Assembly (NCBI GenBank): GCA_004431415.1
Contig: QPMI01000530.1
Location: forward strand, 124,001 to 188,000
From: Cyanophora paradoxa CCMP329
Taxonomy: Eukaryota; Plantae; Glaucophyta
Length of the DNA: 64,000 bases
Direction of reading: 5' to 3'
Every line of letters starts with the position of its first letter. Positions within the stretch are counted from its first letter, which is position 1. Under the pieces are notes generated by a model. It worked only from the letters and a program-made list of their open reading frames with translations, ran no database searches and was not told the origin of the DNA. The position numbers and the translations under genes are program-made. Shown piece after piece: positions 23,988 to 34,900 of the stretch.

Positions 23988-24387
23988 TGTGTTCAACCTG
24001 CTCCCTTAAATGGTATGCCCTGATCACCGCATCACTGAAAGCGTCTTGAGCCTCCCTATAGTGATCCCCATATGCGTAAACGTTCCCCCTTTCAGGTGTT
24101 GAAGACCTTGCCTGTAAATGTAGTTGCTCTTGGTACTCATCCAATGCGCTATTTACAGCCTCAACCAATTCCGCGCCATTCACCTCTCCAATAGGTTCTA
24201 AGCTCCCCCTTCGCCCCTCATTGGAGCCAGCCCTGCCAATCACCACATCCAAAGAGTTCCTCCTGGACTCGTTTGGGGAGGAAGATCCAATGCTGACGTC
24301 AATAGTAGTATCACAACAGCTACATTTATAATTGCTGGTCACATGTATATGAAACATATCCAGCAATTGTTGGAGCCATTGCCACAT
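23962..24387 (-). CDS. Hypothetical protein (N-terminal CSCC motif)
   Basis: 141-aa ORF in a tightly packed minus-strand cluster. Confidence 0.55.
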   Translation of the reverse strand: MWQWLQQLLDMFHIHVTSNYKCSCCDTTIDVSIGSSSPNESRRNSLDVVIGRAGSNEGRRGSLEPIGEVNGAELVEAVNSALDEYQEQLHLQARSSTPERGNVYAYGDHYREAQDAFSDAVIRAYHLREQVEHITGHQGRY

Positions 24388-24412
24388 CTTACAAGTAACA
24401 GGACAAAATAAC

Positions 24413-24643
24413 TCAGTTGCTGCTCTCAGTAGTCTGATAATATTTAATTGGCCTCCCTATGGGCCTCACTGCTTCTTTTTGTGCCTTTCGGCGATAGTAT
24501 GATGCCAAGGCTTGCTGTTTCTTAAACTCTCTGTATTCTGGGTCTTCCCGGTATCTTTTTTGGTTTGCTAAAGCGTTTTTAATATAACTCTCAGTCACAG
24601 GGCTATCGACAGTGAACTCCACCAAACTAATGGTATCCTCCAT
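24413..24643 (-). CDS. Small basic protein (GRP motif)
   Basis: NQKRYREDPEYREFKKQQALASYYRRK...IGRPIKY. Confidence 0.6.
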   Translation of the reverse strand: MEDTISLVEFTVDSPVTESYIKNALANQKRYREDPEYREFKKQQALASYYRRKAQKEAVRPIGRPIKYYQTTESSN

Positions 24644-24668
24644 TTATAATATCTATAGAAAAACGCTT

Positions 24669-25403
24669 TCAAAGCCAAACCCGTCGTTTATACACTGTGG
24701 GAGCTACACCTTTGTCCACCTCACCCTTTGTAGCACCTGGCTCAATAGTCCCCTTTTGGGTCTTTGTTTTCATTTCATCAACAGCTTGCTCATCGATTTG
24801 GGTCTCTTTCTTGGCAATAAACTGTTTATCTGGAATCCCAGTGATCCCCATTTTGAACACCTCCTTTCTAAGCATCTCCTTGAGTTTGGACCTCTCTCTC
24901 TTCTCAGTTACATACTGCTCCAAAGCACTTGATTTGGCTTCCAAATCTTTAAGTTTGGCAGTCATTTCGTCCCATTGAGCTTTGGGAACTCTATGAATAT
25001 TCTGGGTGGGAGCAGTCTTGTATGTGACTTCACCCGCCATAGACTGGATAACCTTGTCTGATTCTTTACTGAGGCCTTCACCTTTGCGAGTAAGTGATAG
25101 ATCTTGAAGCCCAAGACCTTTATCATCAGCAGCACCAATAATTCGCCTGGCACCCTCACCCACAGCCTTCATTTTGGAGGCTTCAGGGGAGATGTTGAGC
25201 TGGTCACTGGTGGACGTCTGTGGGGCTTTGTCATCAAAAGATTCCTCATAGGCGGCATTAAGGGGATCCTCTTGCTGTTGTGAGGGCTTTATCTCATTCA
25301 TTCCATTGAATTTAAGCGGGTCTGTGTTAATGGAGCCATTGTTACCACCACCTGAATAACCAACAGCCCCAGCAGGGATGCCTATTTTCCGTTTGGGGGG
25401 CAT
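24669..25403 (-). CDS. Lys/Glu-rich hypothetical protein, possible virion core protein
   Basis: 244 aa, begins MPPKRK (NLS-like), coiled coil; lies in the morphogenesis cluster. Confidence 0.6.
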   Translation of the reverse strand: MPPKRKIGIPAGAVGYSGGGNNGSINTDPLKFNGMNEIKPSQQQEDPLNAAYEESFDDKAPQTSTSDQLNISPEASKMKAVGEGARRIIGAADDKGLGLQDLSLTRKGEGLSKESDKVIQSMAGEVTYKTAPTQNIHRVPKAQWDEMTAKLKDLEAKSSALEQYVTEKRERSKLKEMLRKEVFKMGITGIPDKQFIAKKETQIDEQAVDEMKTKTQKGTIEPGATKGEVDKGVAPTVYKRRVWL

Positions 25404-25431
25404 TGTATCTTTATTAAAGTGAGAGATATTT

Positions 25432-26213
25432 TTATAGACCGCGTTTATATCGCATTAACTTATTACTATGAACTTGGCTTTTCACTTCTTTGCGCCCCTC
25501 TTCTTTCTCTGGTGGTTTAAGCTCATCTTCTTTCTTCTTTGGCTTCCTGTGGAACCGTGGAAATGGGAAATCTTTGACCAAATCCGCTTTATCTACGAAA
25601 TATTTCACAGAATAATCGGCGGATGACCAAATTAGAAACTGATAGGAATGAACGTACTCTTCAAACATTTTATAGAAAACATCTTTGTCCGCATTATATT
25701 ATATTCTTCCTCAATGGCTTCAAGCTCCTTTCTATTGGCAGCGCTTAGGAACATAGCATAATCTGAGTTGACGCGAATGGTCGATGAGACTTTCCTTAGC
25801 TTTTGTGTGATACAGATAATAGATATTTTCAAATGTCTGCCCATAGAGTACAATTTGTTGATTATTTTATCGCGAGTGAGATCGACCAAGTCATTATCAA
25901 TTAGATCGTCCAGTACAACTAAGAGTTGATTAATCGGCTCTCCTTTTTCTATTTTCTGTTGTCGATCTTCCAGAACCTTTTCAATGTAAGGAGCATCCCA
26001 TTTGCCAAGCTGAACACTTGCTACATTGTTCCAAAAGTTGTTAAAAGCCGTTCCACTGATTACAAGGACGACATCAATCTTTTTGGCATCATGAAGCTGC
26101 TTGAGCCAGTACTTTACAGCCTCTGATTTACCAGTAGCAGATTTGCCAATTGCCAAAACGCGGAAAGGGGGGTTTATCATCTCACCAGCATTAAATTCGT
26201 CCAAGTCGCCCAT
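25432..26213 (-). CDS. A32/FtsK-HerA genome packaging ATPase (outer); frameshift near 25690
   Basis: PFRVLAIGKSATGKS, LLVVLDD, GRHLKISIICITQ, IRVNSDY; C-terminus in ORF 25432-25668. Confidence 0.92.
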
Positions 26214-26273
26214 GCTTCCTTCTATAAAGAACCAGATAAAAATAATACGATGTGACTGAATATGGTTTATAGA

Positions 26274-27242
26274 TCAAAGACTTGATAAGAATCGATTGAT
26301 ACACCCCTCTATGTCAGTTTCAGTGTATGGGATTCGCAAAAGTTTAATATTGTTGGCTTCACAGTAGCGAGTCTTGATCTGGTCACGTATTTGAAGTTGC
26401 TCAAATGCTTTCTCTCCACCAAAAACTTCCACAGGTCGAAAATGTTGCTGTCCATCGTATTCAATTGCGATTTTGAGGGCTGGGATATAGAAATCGAATG
26501 GAAGAGCTTTTGTTTTGCGACAATCTTCAAATTTGAACTGCCTTTTGTAATCAAAACCGATTTCTTTCAAGATTGCTTCAATCTCAAGTTCACCTTTGGA
26601 GTTCTTACAGCGGGGGCATCCCATCTTACATAGATGATTGCCGGGCTCCTGATCAAAATCATTGGAACATTTCATACACTTGATGGTCACTTTTGTCTTC
26701 TTGTTGACATACTTAACTTTTGAGTAATCATAGAGATCTCCGTGAGTTTCCTTTGCTTTTGCGATGAATATCTCTGTATTGTCCCTCCTATGGTGTCCAT
26801 TTTGTTTAAGAAAACACACCTTACACCCCTGACCACGTAGATGGGCATACGGTGCTTGATCAAAAGTATTCGTACAATTTTCACATCTAATAGTTATTTT
26901 TGTTCTGGCATTAGTGTAATTGATAGCTGTATAATCATACTTGTTACCATGAAGCATTTTAGCTTGCTCCACAAACAAATCTTTTGGTTTCTTGCGATCA
27001 TTATGAAGTTGCTTATTTCTACAAGGAAGGCACCCACCATTATTAGTGCGTTTAGCCATACAAAGATGACTTCCAGCTTTAATCTCGAAATAGTCCTGAC
27101 ATGCTTTACAGAAGAGCACTACTTTTTCATTGTATGACCTGTAAACAACTCGATCATACCCAAACTTATCACCATGGGCAGCTCTGCTTTTCTCAATGAA
27201 CTGATCAAGAGTTAGGGGCTTCATTGTTATCTTATTGTACAC
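26274..27242 (-). CDS. Vsr/PD-(D/E)xK restriction-like (putative homing) endonuclease with three HG.KYDYS zinc-ribbon repeats
   Basis: FIEKSRAAHGDKFGYD, FVEQAKMLHGNKYDY and FIAKAKETHGDLYDY repeats with CxxC; SKGE...LPFDFYIP..KIAIEYDGQQHF; probable ATG 27224. Confidence 0.85.
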   Translation of the reverse strand: MYNKITMKPLTLDQFIEKSRAAHGDKFGYDRVVYRSYNEKVVLFCKACQDYFEIKAGSHLCMAKRTNNGGCLPCRNKQLHNDRKKPKDLFVEQAKMLHGNKYDYTAINYTNARTKITIRCENCTNTFDQAPYAHLRGQGCKVCFLKQNGHHRRDNTEIFIAKAKETHGDLYDYSKVKYVNKKTKVTIKCMKCSNDFDQEPGNHLCKMGCPRCKNSKGELEIEAILKEIGFDYKRQFKFEDCRKTKALPFDFYIPALKIAIEYDGQQHFRPVEVFGGEKAFEQLQIRDQIKTRYCEANNIKLLRIPYTETDIEGCINRFLSSL

Positions 27243-27323
27243 ACCTTTTCTTTAAGTAGAAATCGATGATGAAAAAACAAATCCAATTGTGAGCAGAACA
27301 GTAAGACAAACATACATTCCTGA

Positions 27324-28693
27324 TCATAGATTAATTTTTCGTAAACCGTCCTTGTCCAAAATGAGGAACGTGTGCATGAGAGCGCGAACATTGACATCAA
27401 TAACCTTGTCAGTGGGCATGTAGAGAGTGAGGAATGAAGATGAAGAATTGGTCAGGTCAACATAGCCAGACTGGGCAATATTGCGAATCGCCTTCTCACC
27501 GTCAAGACAGAAACTCATACCCGAAAGAACATAGCGATCAGCAACCTTATCCATATTAGAGCATTTGAAGACATCAGCAATTAGCTCAGCACCCTTGAGG
27601 AGCGAAATTGGCTCAGTGGCAAAAAGTCGCTGGCCGTTAATTTCCACAGTAAATGTGATCTCTTTGGAGTTGGAATAGGTCTTAAGTACACTGTGGGAAC
27701 CATTTGCTTTGTCAACAGTAGCGTTATCACGAACTGAAACAAGCAGAGCATAAACGAGACCTGAGATTTGGGAGAGGTTAACTCGATTGGGTTGGGCACC
27801 ACCCTTGGCTTTCATATCACTGACATCCACAAATCCAATATCCAGAGCAGGGATAGCCATGCCAGTAGTCTTTACCTTCTCAATAACAGTAGCGAAAAGC
27901 TCATCAGACACATTAACAGCATACATATAAAGGCGAGGAGAAGTAATTTTAATTTCAACGTTTGGCGCACCAAGATTGAAAGTGGTGATGTTTTGGCCAA
28001 CATGTGCCAGCACAGATTCAGCAGGTGCGACGCCAAGCCCATCGTCCTTGTCCCCATCAATGGCTGTGTCCCCAGCCTTAGAAGAGTACGACCACCATAA
28101 GAAGTCTCAACATAACCCTTCCCTACATCCTTGAACCAAACAGTTACTACCATTTCACCAGACAGAGCACCAAGAGGTAGGTAGTGGTTTAGCCAAGGCA
28201 CAGGAATTTCAACAAAGAATGAGCCACCAAGTCGGTTGGTTCCATGGGCGGGGATGCCGTGAAGCATGCCCATTGACCGCTTCTTTTTGGCAAGTTGATC
28301 CTCACTATAATAGACAAGAGGGAAATGAGCAAGGAAATCAGAAGGGATATGGTAGGTGTATGACCCATAGGTAATTTCAAGTCGCTGAACCAAAGCACCC
28401 ACTGGGCGAGTGTACCCATTCCGAACAAGATCCGCATCACCAAAAGTGATAGCTGGAAGGTCAAAGGCAAGTTCGAGTTTGCCACAGAAATTGTAGCGAG
28501 GGAGTTTGAATGAAATGCGATTTCCAACATTATTTTCAAAAGTATTGCTCGGGTTCACAACAACAAGAACGGGCTTAGACTTGGATTCAAGACCAAGCAT
28601 AAGGGAGTTATCCAGAAAGAAGGCCTTGGCCTCCTCTGGGGTTGTTAGGGCTTCTTTCAACGAAAGGCGCTGGAGGGTCGACGTAATATCCAT
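27324..28693 (-). CDS. Major capsid protein (double jelly-roll), outer; frameshifted near 28070-28100
   Basis: ORFs 27872-28693 + 27324-28013 give ~455 aa, colinear with the inner 408-aa paralogue (FKLPR/FDLPR, YHIPSDF/YIIPGDW, YLPLGAL/YFPLCTL, SGLVYALLVSVR/SGLVHSILMTVR, SGYVDL/MGYQDF); lies between ATPase and pentons. Confidence 0.75.
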
Positions 28694-28746
28694 GATTTTC
28701 GCTTTTATTATACTGTAACATAAAAAATTACGAATGATCCTTGTGT

Positions 28747-29778
28747 TTACCCGAAACTCGCAATGACCGGATATGTTGGATGACTTTGCGACATCCGCAT
28801 CTTAAAGTATTCATAGAGAGGGTCACCTGCTGGCTCGTCCCCATAGCGAATTTCAAATGTGAGGTGGACAGGTTGACCCTCAAAATCAATTGGTTCGTTT
28901 ATAGCATTTACTATATCCACAGAGAATGTAGACAAACTCATTTTTTTGTTATAGTATTTGTAAAGTGGGTGGGATTCTGTCGAATTGTAAACCACATGCT
29001 CACCATAGTCCTTGTCAGGAACCACGATTTTATGGAAGTAACCAGTCAGGAGACCATCCCCACACTGAACCAGATCACCCAACTCTTTTACTCTCACAAA
29101 TAAAACACTATCACGGGTTTTCTCGGGTTCAAATGAAGATATAATGCCATTCACCCGTTCACCAGTAAAGATGCCATCAGTAAGAGCATTATAAACCTGT
29201 GATTGGATTGGGGAATTTCCATATCTTCCGGGATCAAGACCAAGCAATCGGGCAGCGCTCAGCAACTTTTGGATCGTTTTCTGGTTTGGATTTCCAGCGT
29301 TAGAGAAGGCTAAATAGAAAGGTTTCTCTGAGTGGAATATAATTCGTTTTAGTGACTCATCCCATTTACAGCGAATAGATGGTTCCGGCTCTCTATCATC
29401 GAATTTCGCATTAATTACATTTACCAATTGCTGGTGGCTTTGAATGGGTTTTTTGCGACTTATGATTAATTGCTTCCAAGGTTCAAAGCCGGCCGCTGGT
29501 CGAGTAGTTGGAATGCCATCAATGCCAGCACCATCGAATTCTTCACTCCAAAAAATGCTGAATGAATTATCAATTGTAATATCCCCTGGTTGCGTTTCAC
29601 CACTCACCATAGGGATACTATTATAAAATTCGGCCGAGACCAGCCTGACAGCCCTCACATTCTCATATATGTTTGGAAGTCGAGCTACAAAGCTTGAAGT
29701 AGGACCGTCACCAGAGATTGTATTAAAAGAGCTCACCTCAATGTAGTCCACGGGCATTCTCCTTTTATCTATATTCAT
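28747..29778 (-). CDS. Minor capsid (penton) protein 1
   Basis: YIEVSS...FVARLPNIYENVRAVRLVSAEFYNS...SVDIVNAINEPIDFEGQPVHLTFEI, single-jelly-roll penton pattern. Confidence 0.75.
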   Translation of the reverse strand: MNIDKRRMPVDYIEVSSFNTISGDGPTSSFVARLPNIYENVRAVRLVSAEFYNSIPMVSGETQPGDITIDNSFSIFWSEEFDGAGIDGIPTTRPAAGFEPWKQLIISRKKPIQSHQQLVNVINAKFDDREPEPSIRCKWDESLKRIIFHSEKPFYLAFSNAGNPNQKTIQKLLSAARLLGLDPGRYGNSPIQSQVYNALTDGIFTGERVNGIISSFEPEKTRDSVLFVRVKELGDLVQCGDGLLTGYFHKIVVPDKDYGEHVVYNSTESHPLYKYYNKKMSLSTFSVDIVNAINEPIDFEGQPVHLTFEIRYGDEPAGDPLYEYFKMRMSQSHPTYPVIASFG

Positions 29779-29786
29779 ATATTAAA

Positions 29787-30722
29787 ATGAACCGGCTTGT
29801 CAATGTTGATAGCAGGGATCGCAGCCAAGGTGAAACCGAAAACTCTTACAGGGTTGCCCTCACAACACCAGTAGAGAGACCTCGAGAGTGTAGGGTTATT
29901 TACGCAGAAATTCCAAACAGCATTTACAATAGTGTGGGAACAGATCATTTAATAGTGGAATTCACCTATCAGGATAGTTCTGTCACTGAAACAGTAACTT
30001 ACAACATCTCTCCTCTGCCAACCGGTTATATCAATCAGGGTCATTTTGGGGTCACCCAACCATACAACTATGGATTGAACTATGTGTTCTATGAGGAAAC
30101 TATAGCAGGAAAAACAGTTGCTTTCGAATTCAAATTATTCTACAATCCAACCACTTATAAAGTGGAGTTCTACAGTAACAGATTTTTCCGTATAAAAGCA
30201 AGCAATAAGCGCATTGGTAAGCTATTGGGTTTAAGCTCAACTGAGTTCCAGTCTTCATTTATGGATGACAATTCGCCCTCTCAATCTCCATATCGCCCTG
30301 AGAATTTTCTAAAGTATGATGGCAAACCTATCACACTCAATCACCCCTTGTGGGGAACTACCTTTTCGGGATCCAGACTTTCATCCACACCTCTTAGATA
30401 TGTTTATTACAGCAATAAGATGGCAGATATGAATGCTGAGCAGTACCTTTATTTACATGTCAAAGAACTTGCTCCCTTTGCCAGCAGACATAATATAGTC
30501 CCAAAATCACAGCCACAAAACCAAGGCGCCATACTGAGACTCCAATTAAGCAAGGATATAGGAGGCTATGTTTACTATAATGGTGAACATGGGGAGTTTA
30601 TTCGAATTAATGACCGACATCTGGTGGTGAGAGAACTAACAGTTGAGTTCAAAGACTACTTTGGTGACATCATTGACATGAATGGAATTGACAATTCTTT
30701 TCAGCTCGAGTTTATCGAATAA
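29787..30722 (+). CDS. Minor capsid (penton) protein 2
   Basis: VNVDSRDR...AEIPNSIYN...QYLYLHVKEL...LTVEFKDYFGDIIDMNGIDNSFQLEF. Confidence 0.8.
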   Translation: MNRLVNVDSRDRSQGETENSYRVALTTPVERPRECRVIYAEIPNSIYNSVGTDHLIVEFTYQDSSVTETVTYNISPLPTGYINQGHFGVTQPYNYGLNYVFYEETIAGKTVAFEFKLFYNPTTYKVEFYSNRFFRIKASNKRIGKLLGLSSTEFQSSFMDDNSPSQSPYRPENFLKYDGKPITLNHPLWGTTFSGSRLSSTPLRYVYYSNKMADMNAEQYLYLHVKELAPFASRHNIVPKSQPQNQGAILRLQLSKDIGGYVYYNGEHGEFIRINDRHLVVRELTVEFKDYFGDIIDMNGIDNSFQLEFIE

Positions 30723-32263
30723 ACGCACCTGTAAAATCGACTCTCATTGTGGGAGCATTCACATAGACAAGGGGATAAATGCGAACATATTTGATTCTCA
30801 AAGAGAACCCTACGTAGAAAGCATCCTTGATGGTGAGAGGGTAACCATTTAATAAAGCTATATCGCCGGAATTATTAGCATTGTTTATATTCTCACAAAC
30901 AAATGTTTTGTTCTGCCCTTCGGCTCGAATAAAAGACCAGTTGACCCATTAGTTGATGTAGCCACATTGAAAGTCTTTATAAAAGCATTGGTGTCCCCTG
31001 ACCCATAGGCAACCACTGAAGAGAGTTCAAAAGTGTATGGGAAAGCAACTTGAAGGTACTCAGTGGGGTCTCCCATATCTGCTCTGGAGCAAATGCCCCA
31101 GCTTCCCAGCCAAATGATGAAGGTCGAGCCATGTGGGCTCTTTACCTATCACAGAGGAGGAGGCAGTAAAAGCATCATCAGCAAGTTTGTACCAATTAGC
31201 ATCCAAAGGTGGTGACAGGGTGAGAGTGGAAGAGATATAAGCTTTTGATGGGTTCTTTAATTCATAGTTTGCTACCAGCAAATCGCAAAGCTTATTAATC
31301 ATGGTGTTGTTTGCTGCTATGTATGTCTCAGTGAACGAAAGCATGTCGGGGATTTTAGAGGTATCATCAAGGGACTTGACTATGTGATTTGGAAGAGGAA
31401 CAGATAGCCTATAGTACCTCCCATAATCCTGATCGTAGTTGTAAGGTAGCAACTCCTCCATCTTGTCAAGAGCTGACAGCTCACTTGCTGCCATGAGCAT
31501 GTTAATCAATGGGCTTCCATCTGTTGAGGCAATCCATGAGAGAATGCCCCAACTGTTCACAGTCTCATAACCATAGCCGAAATAATCAGACTCTAAATAT
31601 GGGTCTACCTCACCACAAGAGATGCTTATAACTATAATGTCATCATCATCACTGTAAATCTTCCTCGCATGGCTATAGCCACACACACTTGGGTTATTGT
31701 TTCCTGAAATAGCACCATCAATAAGGCAAGCAGTTACCCTCGATTAAAATCAACTATACTCACAGGAGAAAGTAGGTGGGAGCAGCAGAGGTAGCCCTTG
31801 CTGCTATTTTACAGGGCAGAAAGTTGTAGTTGTTATCATTTGTGATAAATATAGGTTTCATGTACTGAGTATCAAACGAAGTAATCACAATGTCCTTTAA
31901 GGAATCTTGAATGAGAGATTCGCCAGTAACAGAATAGATTGCGCTTTCCAAAGGAGCCACATCATACTTGGTGTTAAAAAGGGCATTTTCGATTATATTT
32001 CGAGGATTCGCGAAAATCAAGGGCAGCTGAGTGAGGTATATATTATGTAAATCACTGGCTGTGAGTTTGGGTTCGCCTGCCCTATCTGGATGCCTGATGT
32101 TCAACCCAATGGCAATGATCCCACCCGTGGAAGTTCCACTCACAAGATCCACAAGGTCAATGATTCGCCTGCCAGTTCGATTTTCGATTTCTTTGAGCAG
32201 TCTGGTAATGATAATGCCCCTTGCCCCGCCACCTGACAAACTAAGGACTATTTTGTGAGGCAT
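30712..32263 (-). CDS. Patatin-like phospholipase fused to a C-terminal discoidin (F5/8 type C) domain; several frameshifts
   Basis: LSLSGGGARG, GTSTGG, AARATSAAPTYF, LIDGAISGNNNP (~31690-31730). C-terminus DDAFTASSS...YLQVAF...KTFNVATSTNG...KYVRIYP...MRVDF, stop 30712-30714. Confidence 0.82.
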
Positions 32264-32306
32264 CTAATACTTATAAGGAATTTTATAAATCCATATAGTA
32301 AAAGCC

Positions 32307-32667
32307 ATGAGCTTTAACTACCCCCCTAATCTGGAAACAATTCAAGATGATAATTCTAGCAGCACAAAGCATGTGAACTTTGATAATATAAAAGTTAAAG
32401 GTTCAATATCAATCGACCACAGCTCTGACAGTTCTTCAAAGACTCAATCAAGGGAGCATGCTCTTTCCTTAAATCAGACCGATCCAGACAAGGAGGATGT
32501 CAGTATAGCTTTTAGTTTGGGCAATGTGAAAGCCAACCAAGTAGCAGAGATCAAGGCAACCAGAAGGAGACCGAGAAAACTCAAACCAAGTGGAACCCAT
32601 CCAGACATACCATCAAGGTGTGATAGTGGCCGTTTGATTTTCAATGTACAAGATGAGCAGGGAGCTC
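32307..32667 (+). pseudogene. N-terminal part of the outer fibre gene, interrupted by the inner element
   Basis: Joins in frame to 44277 onward when 32668-44276 is removed (...QDEQGAQ|GKQNTGLRIYNEG...VGHFQN). Confidence 0.85.
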
Positions 32668-32904
32668 AGCACTGCGCCGTGTCTCCAAAAAAATCCCCGC
32701 GAAAAAATCAAAAACAAATCAAAAACAAACCATTCCCAGTAACCCTATTCGTATTCAACAGTAATCTCAGTAAGCCTCAGTAACAAAAATCGAATTAATC
32801 GAAGTTATATCTTAAATCTTATTTATCGAAGTTATATCATAATCTCGAATAATTATATTTAATCGAAGTTATATCCTTTTTATCCGCCGTGTCTCCCATG
32901 ATTT
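32668..32904 (+). repeat. Left TIR of inner element
   Basis: Reverse complement of the 43869-44270 units; contains TCGAAGTTAT x3. Confidence 0.92.
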
Positions 32905-33039
32905 ACAAAGTGATTTCAGTTTAAACCTCGTTTGAAAAACCTCTCATTTTTTACTGTATTTTTTGAACGGTTTTTTACTGTATTTTCTACACTAGAAACA
33001 ACGATAGAAACAACAATAAAAACAATATAATTTTAATTG

Positions 33040-33996
33040 CTTTTTAATCGTATATATGTCAATATATCAATGTAGTATATATGATATATATCATCGAAAA
33101 TCGATATATGTTCATACGTATAACATATCGATTTGTGTATATATGATATATCATGACGTCACTAAGACGTCACTATAATCGATTACATGCAATCGATTAC
33201 AGGAAATGGATTACTGCAAGCAATCGATTGCAATGAATCTGAAAGTGTAATCGATTACCACCATGAATGTAAAAAGAAACCGATTGCCGAAATCGATTAC
33301 AATGACGTCATGATGACGATGCATATGTATATGATATATATGACATACCACATGACTCGGGAGATTATGACGATCACGGCGATGTGTATATTGTCATGAT
33401 GTATATGTATATATGTGTGACGCAATCTGATTGGCTCACTGACTTTCAATGTATCCCCCTTCAACTTCTCCCCAGGTTTACATCACAGATAACATCTCAG
33501 ATAATATCTCAGATAATACCTCAGATTATATCTCAGATTATATCTCAGATAATATCTCAGATAATACCTCAGATTATATCTCAGTTAAAATATGTTATCG
33601 AATCTGTTATTGAATATGTTATGAAATATGCCATAAAATTTGATATATAATATGTTATGGATAATGTTTTGGATAAGAAGTAAATCTGATTGGTCCGTGG
33701 TTTTTACCTCAGTTGGGTACGATGTTTGTGATTGAAACCTCTTTTCTTCGAGGTTTTTACCTTGCGAGGTTTGAACCTCATTTTTGTCGAGGTTTCAACC
33801 TCTTTTTTCCGAGGTTTTTACCACGCCGAGGTTTCAACCTCGTTTTTTTGCGAGGTTTTTACCTCGCGGAGGTATTTACCTTTTTTTTTGAACGAGGTTT
33901 CTACCTCGGCATCTTCAAACGCTTGTATCTCATCACCAGATTATGATCTCGCAACGTTCTGCATAGCGTTGTGAAGCGCTTTTCAAGCTCTACGCA
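33040..33996. promoter_or_regulatory. Inner element non-coding control region (ATCGAT motifs, 12-bp atatctcagata array ~33481-33585, gaggttt/acctc cluster 33700-33910, 84-nt shared box)
   Basis: No credible ORF; repeats visible; motifs shared with outer region 22767-23705. Confidence 0.65.
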
Positions 33997-34060
33997 ACTA
34001 CGTAATCATCTTATTGTTTCAAGCTACCTTATCATACAACATTTCTCAAAACTCGTCCTT

Positions 34061-34819
34061 TCACACACTGATTGTGGTCATTTCTCGTTGAATCCGAGCC
34101 ATCTGACCCCTTTTAATTGCTTTTCTTTTCACAAACTTCTTAAAGCCCTTTATATCATCATCTGTTAGTACTGCTCTATCAGTATAGGTCTTGATATCAT
34201 AACCTTGCAGGCTAGCTATGACAGTTTGGTAATTATAACCCCATAGTCTATGCAATTCCTTGTAGGTCTTCTTATCCATACCACCATTGTACTCATCAAA
34301 AGCGCAGTTGAATTCCTTTTCGTTCCCAAGAATATTAAAAAATACAACGAATTCCACATTGCGACGAATGGTAGTAGAAATTGAGCATAAACGCTGAACA
34401 TTAAATATCACCGAGATTGAATAATGTCTTCCACTCGTGACCAATTTAGATAAAACAGCCGAATTATGCATATCCAAATTTGAACCTATCATATCATCAA
34501 GTATAATTACTAGATTATTGCGTTTCTCATTGTTCTCGATTCGTTTCTTTTGCATACTGATCAATCTCAAAACAATGTTATCATCCCACTCCTCATAGAT
34601 GTTATCGGGATGGGTGATGTCATTAAATTGCCCAGTAAAGGCTGTTGAACTAAATATAACGATCTGATCGATCTTGTCACGAAGCTCGTAAAGTAAGTAT
34701 TTTGTGAACATTGTCTTACCTGTATTGGAGCGACCAACATTCAAAATTCTCGTTGGGATTCGAACTGTTTTGCTCGGATCAAACTCCGGTATATCATCTA
34801 GATTTACTGTGTTATCCAT
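34061..34819 (-). CDS. A32-like packaging ATPase (inner)
   Basis: RILNVGRSNTGKT, LVIILDD, GRHYSISVIFNVQ, IRRNVEF; intact. Confidence 0.93.
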   Translation of the reverse strand: MDNTVNLDDIPEFDPSKTVRIPTRILNVGRSNTGKTMFTKYLLYELRDKIDQIVIFSSTAFTGQFNDITHPDNIYEEWDDNIVLRLISMQKKRIENNEKRNNLVIILDDMIGSNLDMHNSAVLSKLVTSGRHYSISVIFNVQRLCSISTTIRRNVEFVVFFNILGNEKEFNCAFDEYNGGMDKKTYKELHRLWGYNYQTVIASLQGYDIKTYTDRAVLTDDDIKGFKKFVKRKAIKRGQMARIQREMTTISV

Positions 34820-34900
34820 TACAGTAATAAGATAAAAAACAAAATAAACTACTCACCTACTTAATTTTTGCGCTTCCTACTCTTACAAAAGAAAAGAACT

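Noticed and set aside
32668-32783. C-terminus of ORF 32307-32783
   Set aside because: Read-through into the inner TIR, not part of the original gene
33187-34168. Short ORFs such as SQIISQII and RGFYL repeats
   Set aside because: Translations of non-coding tandem repeats in the inner control region
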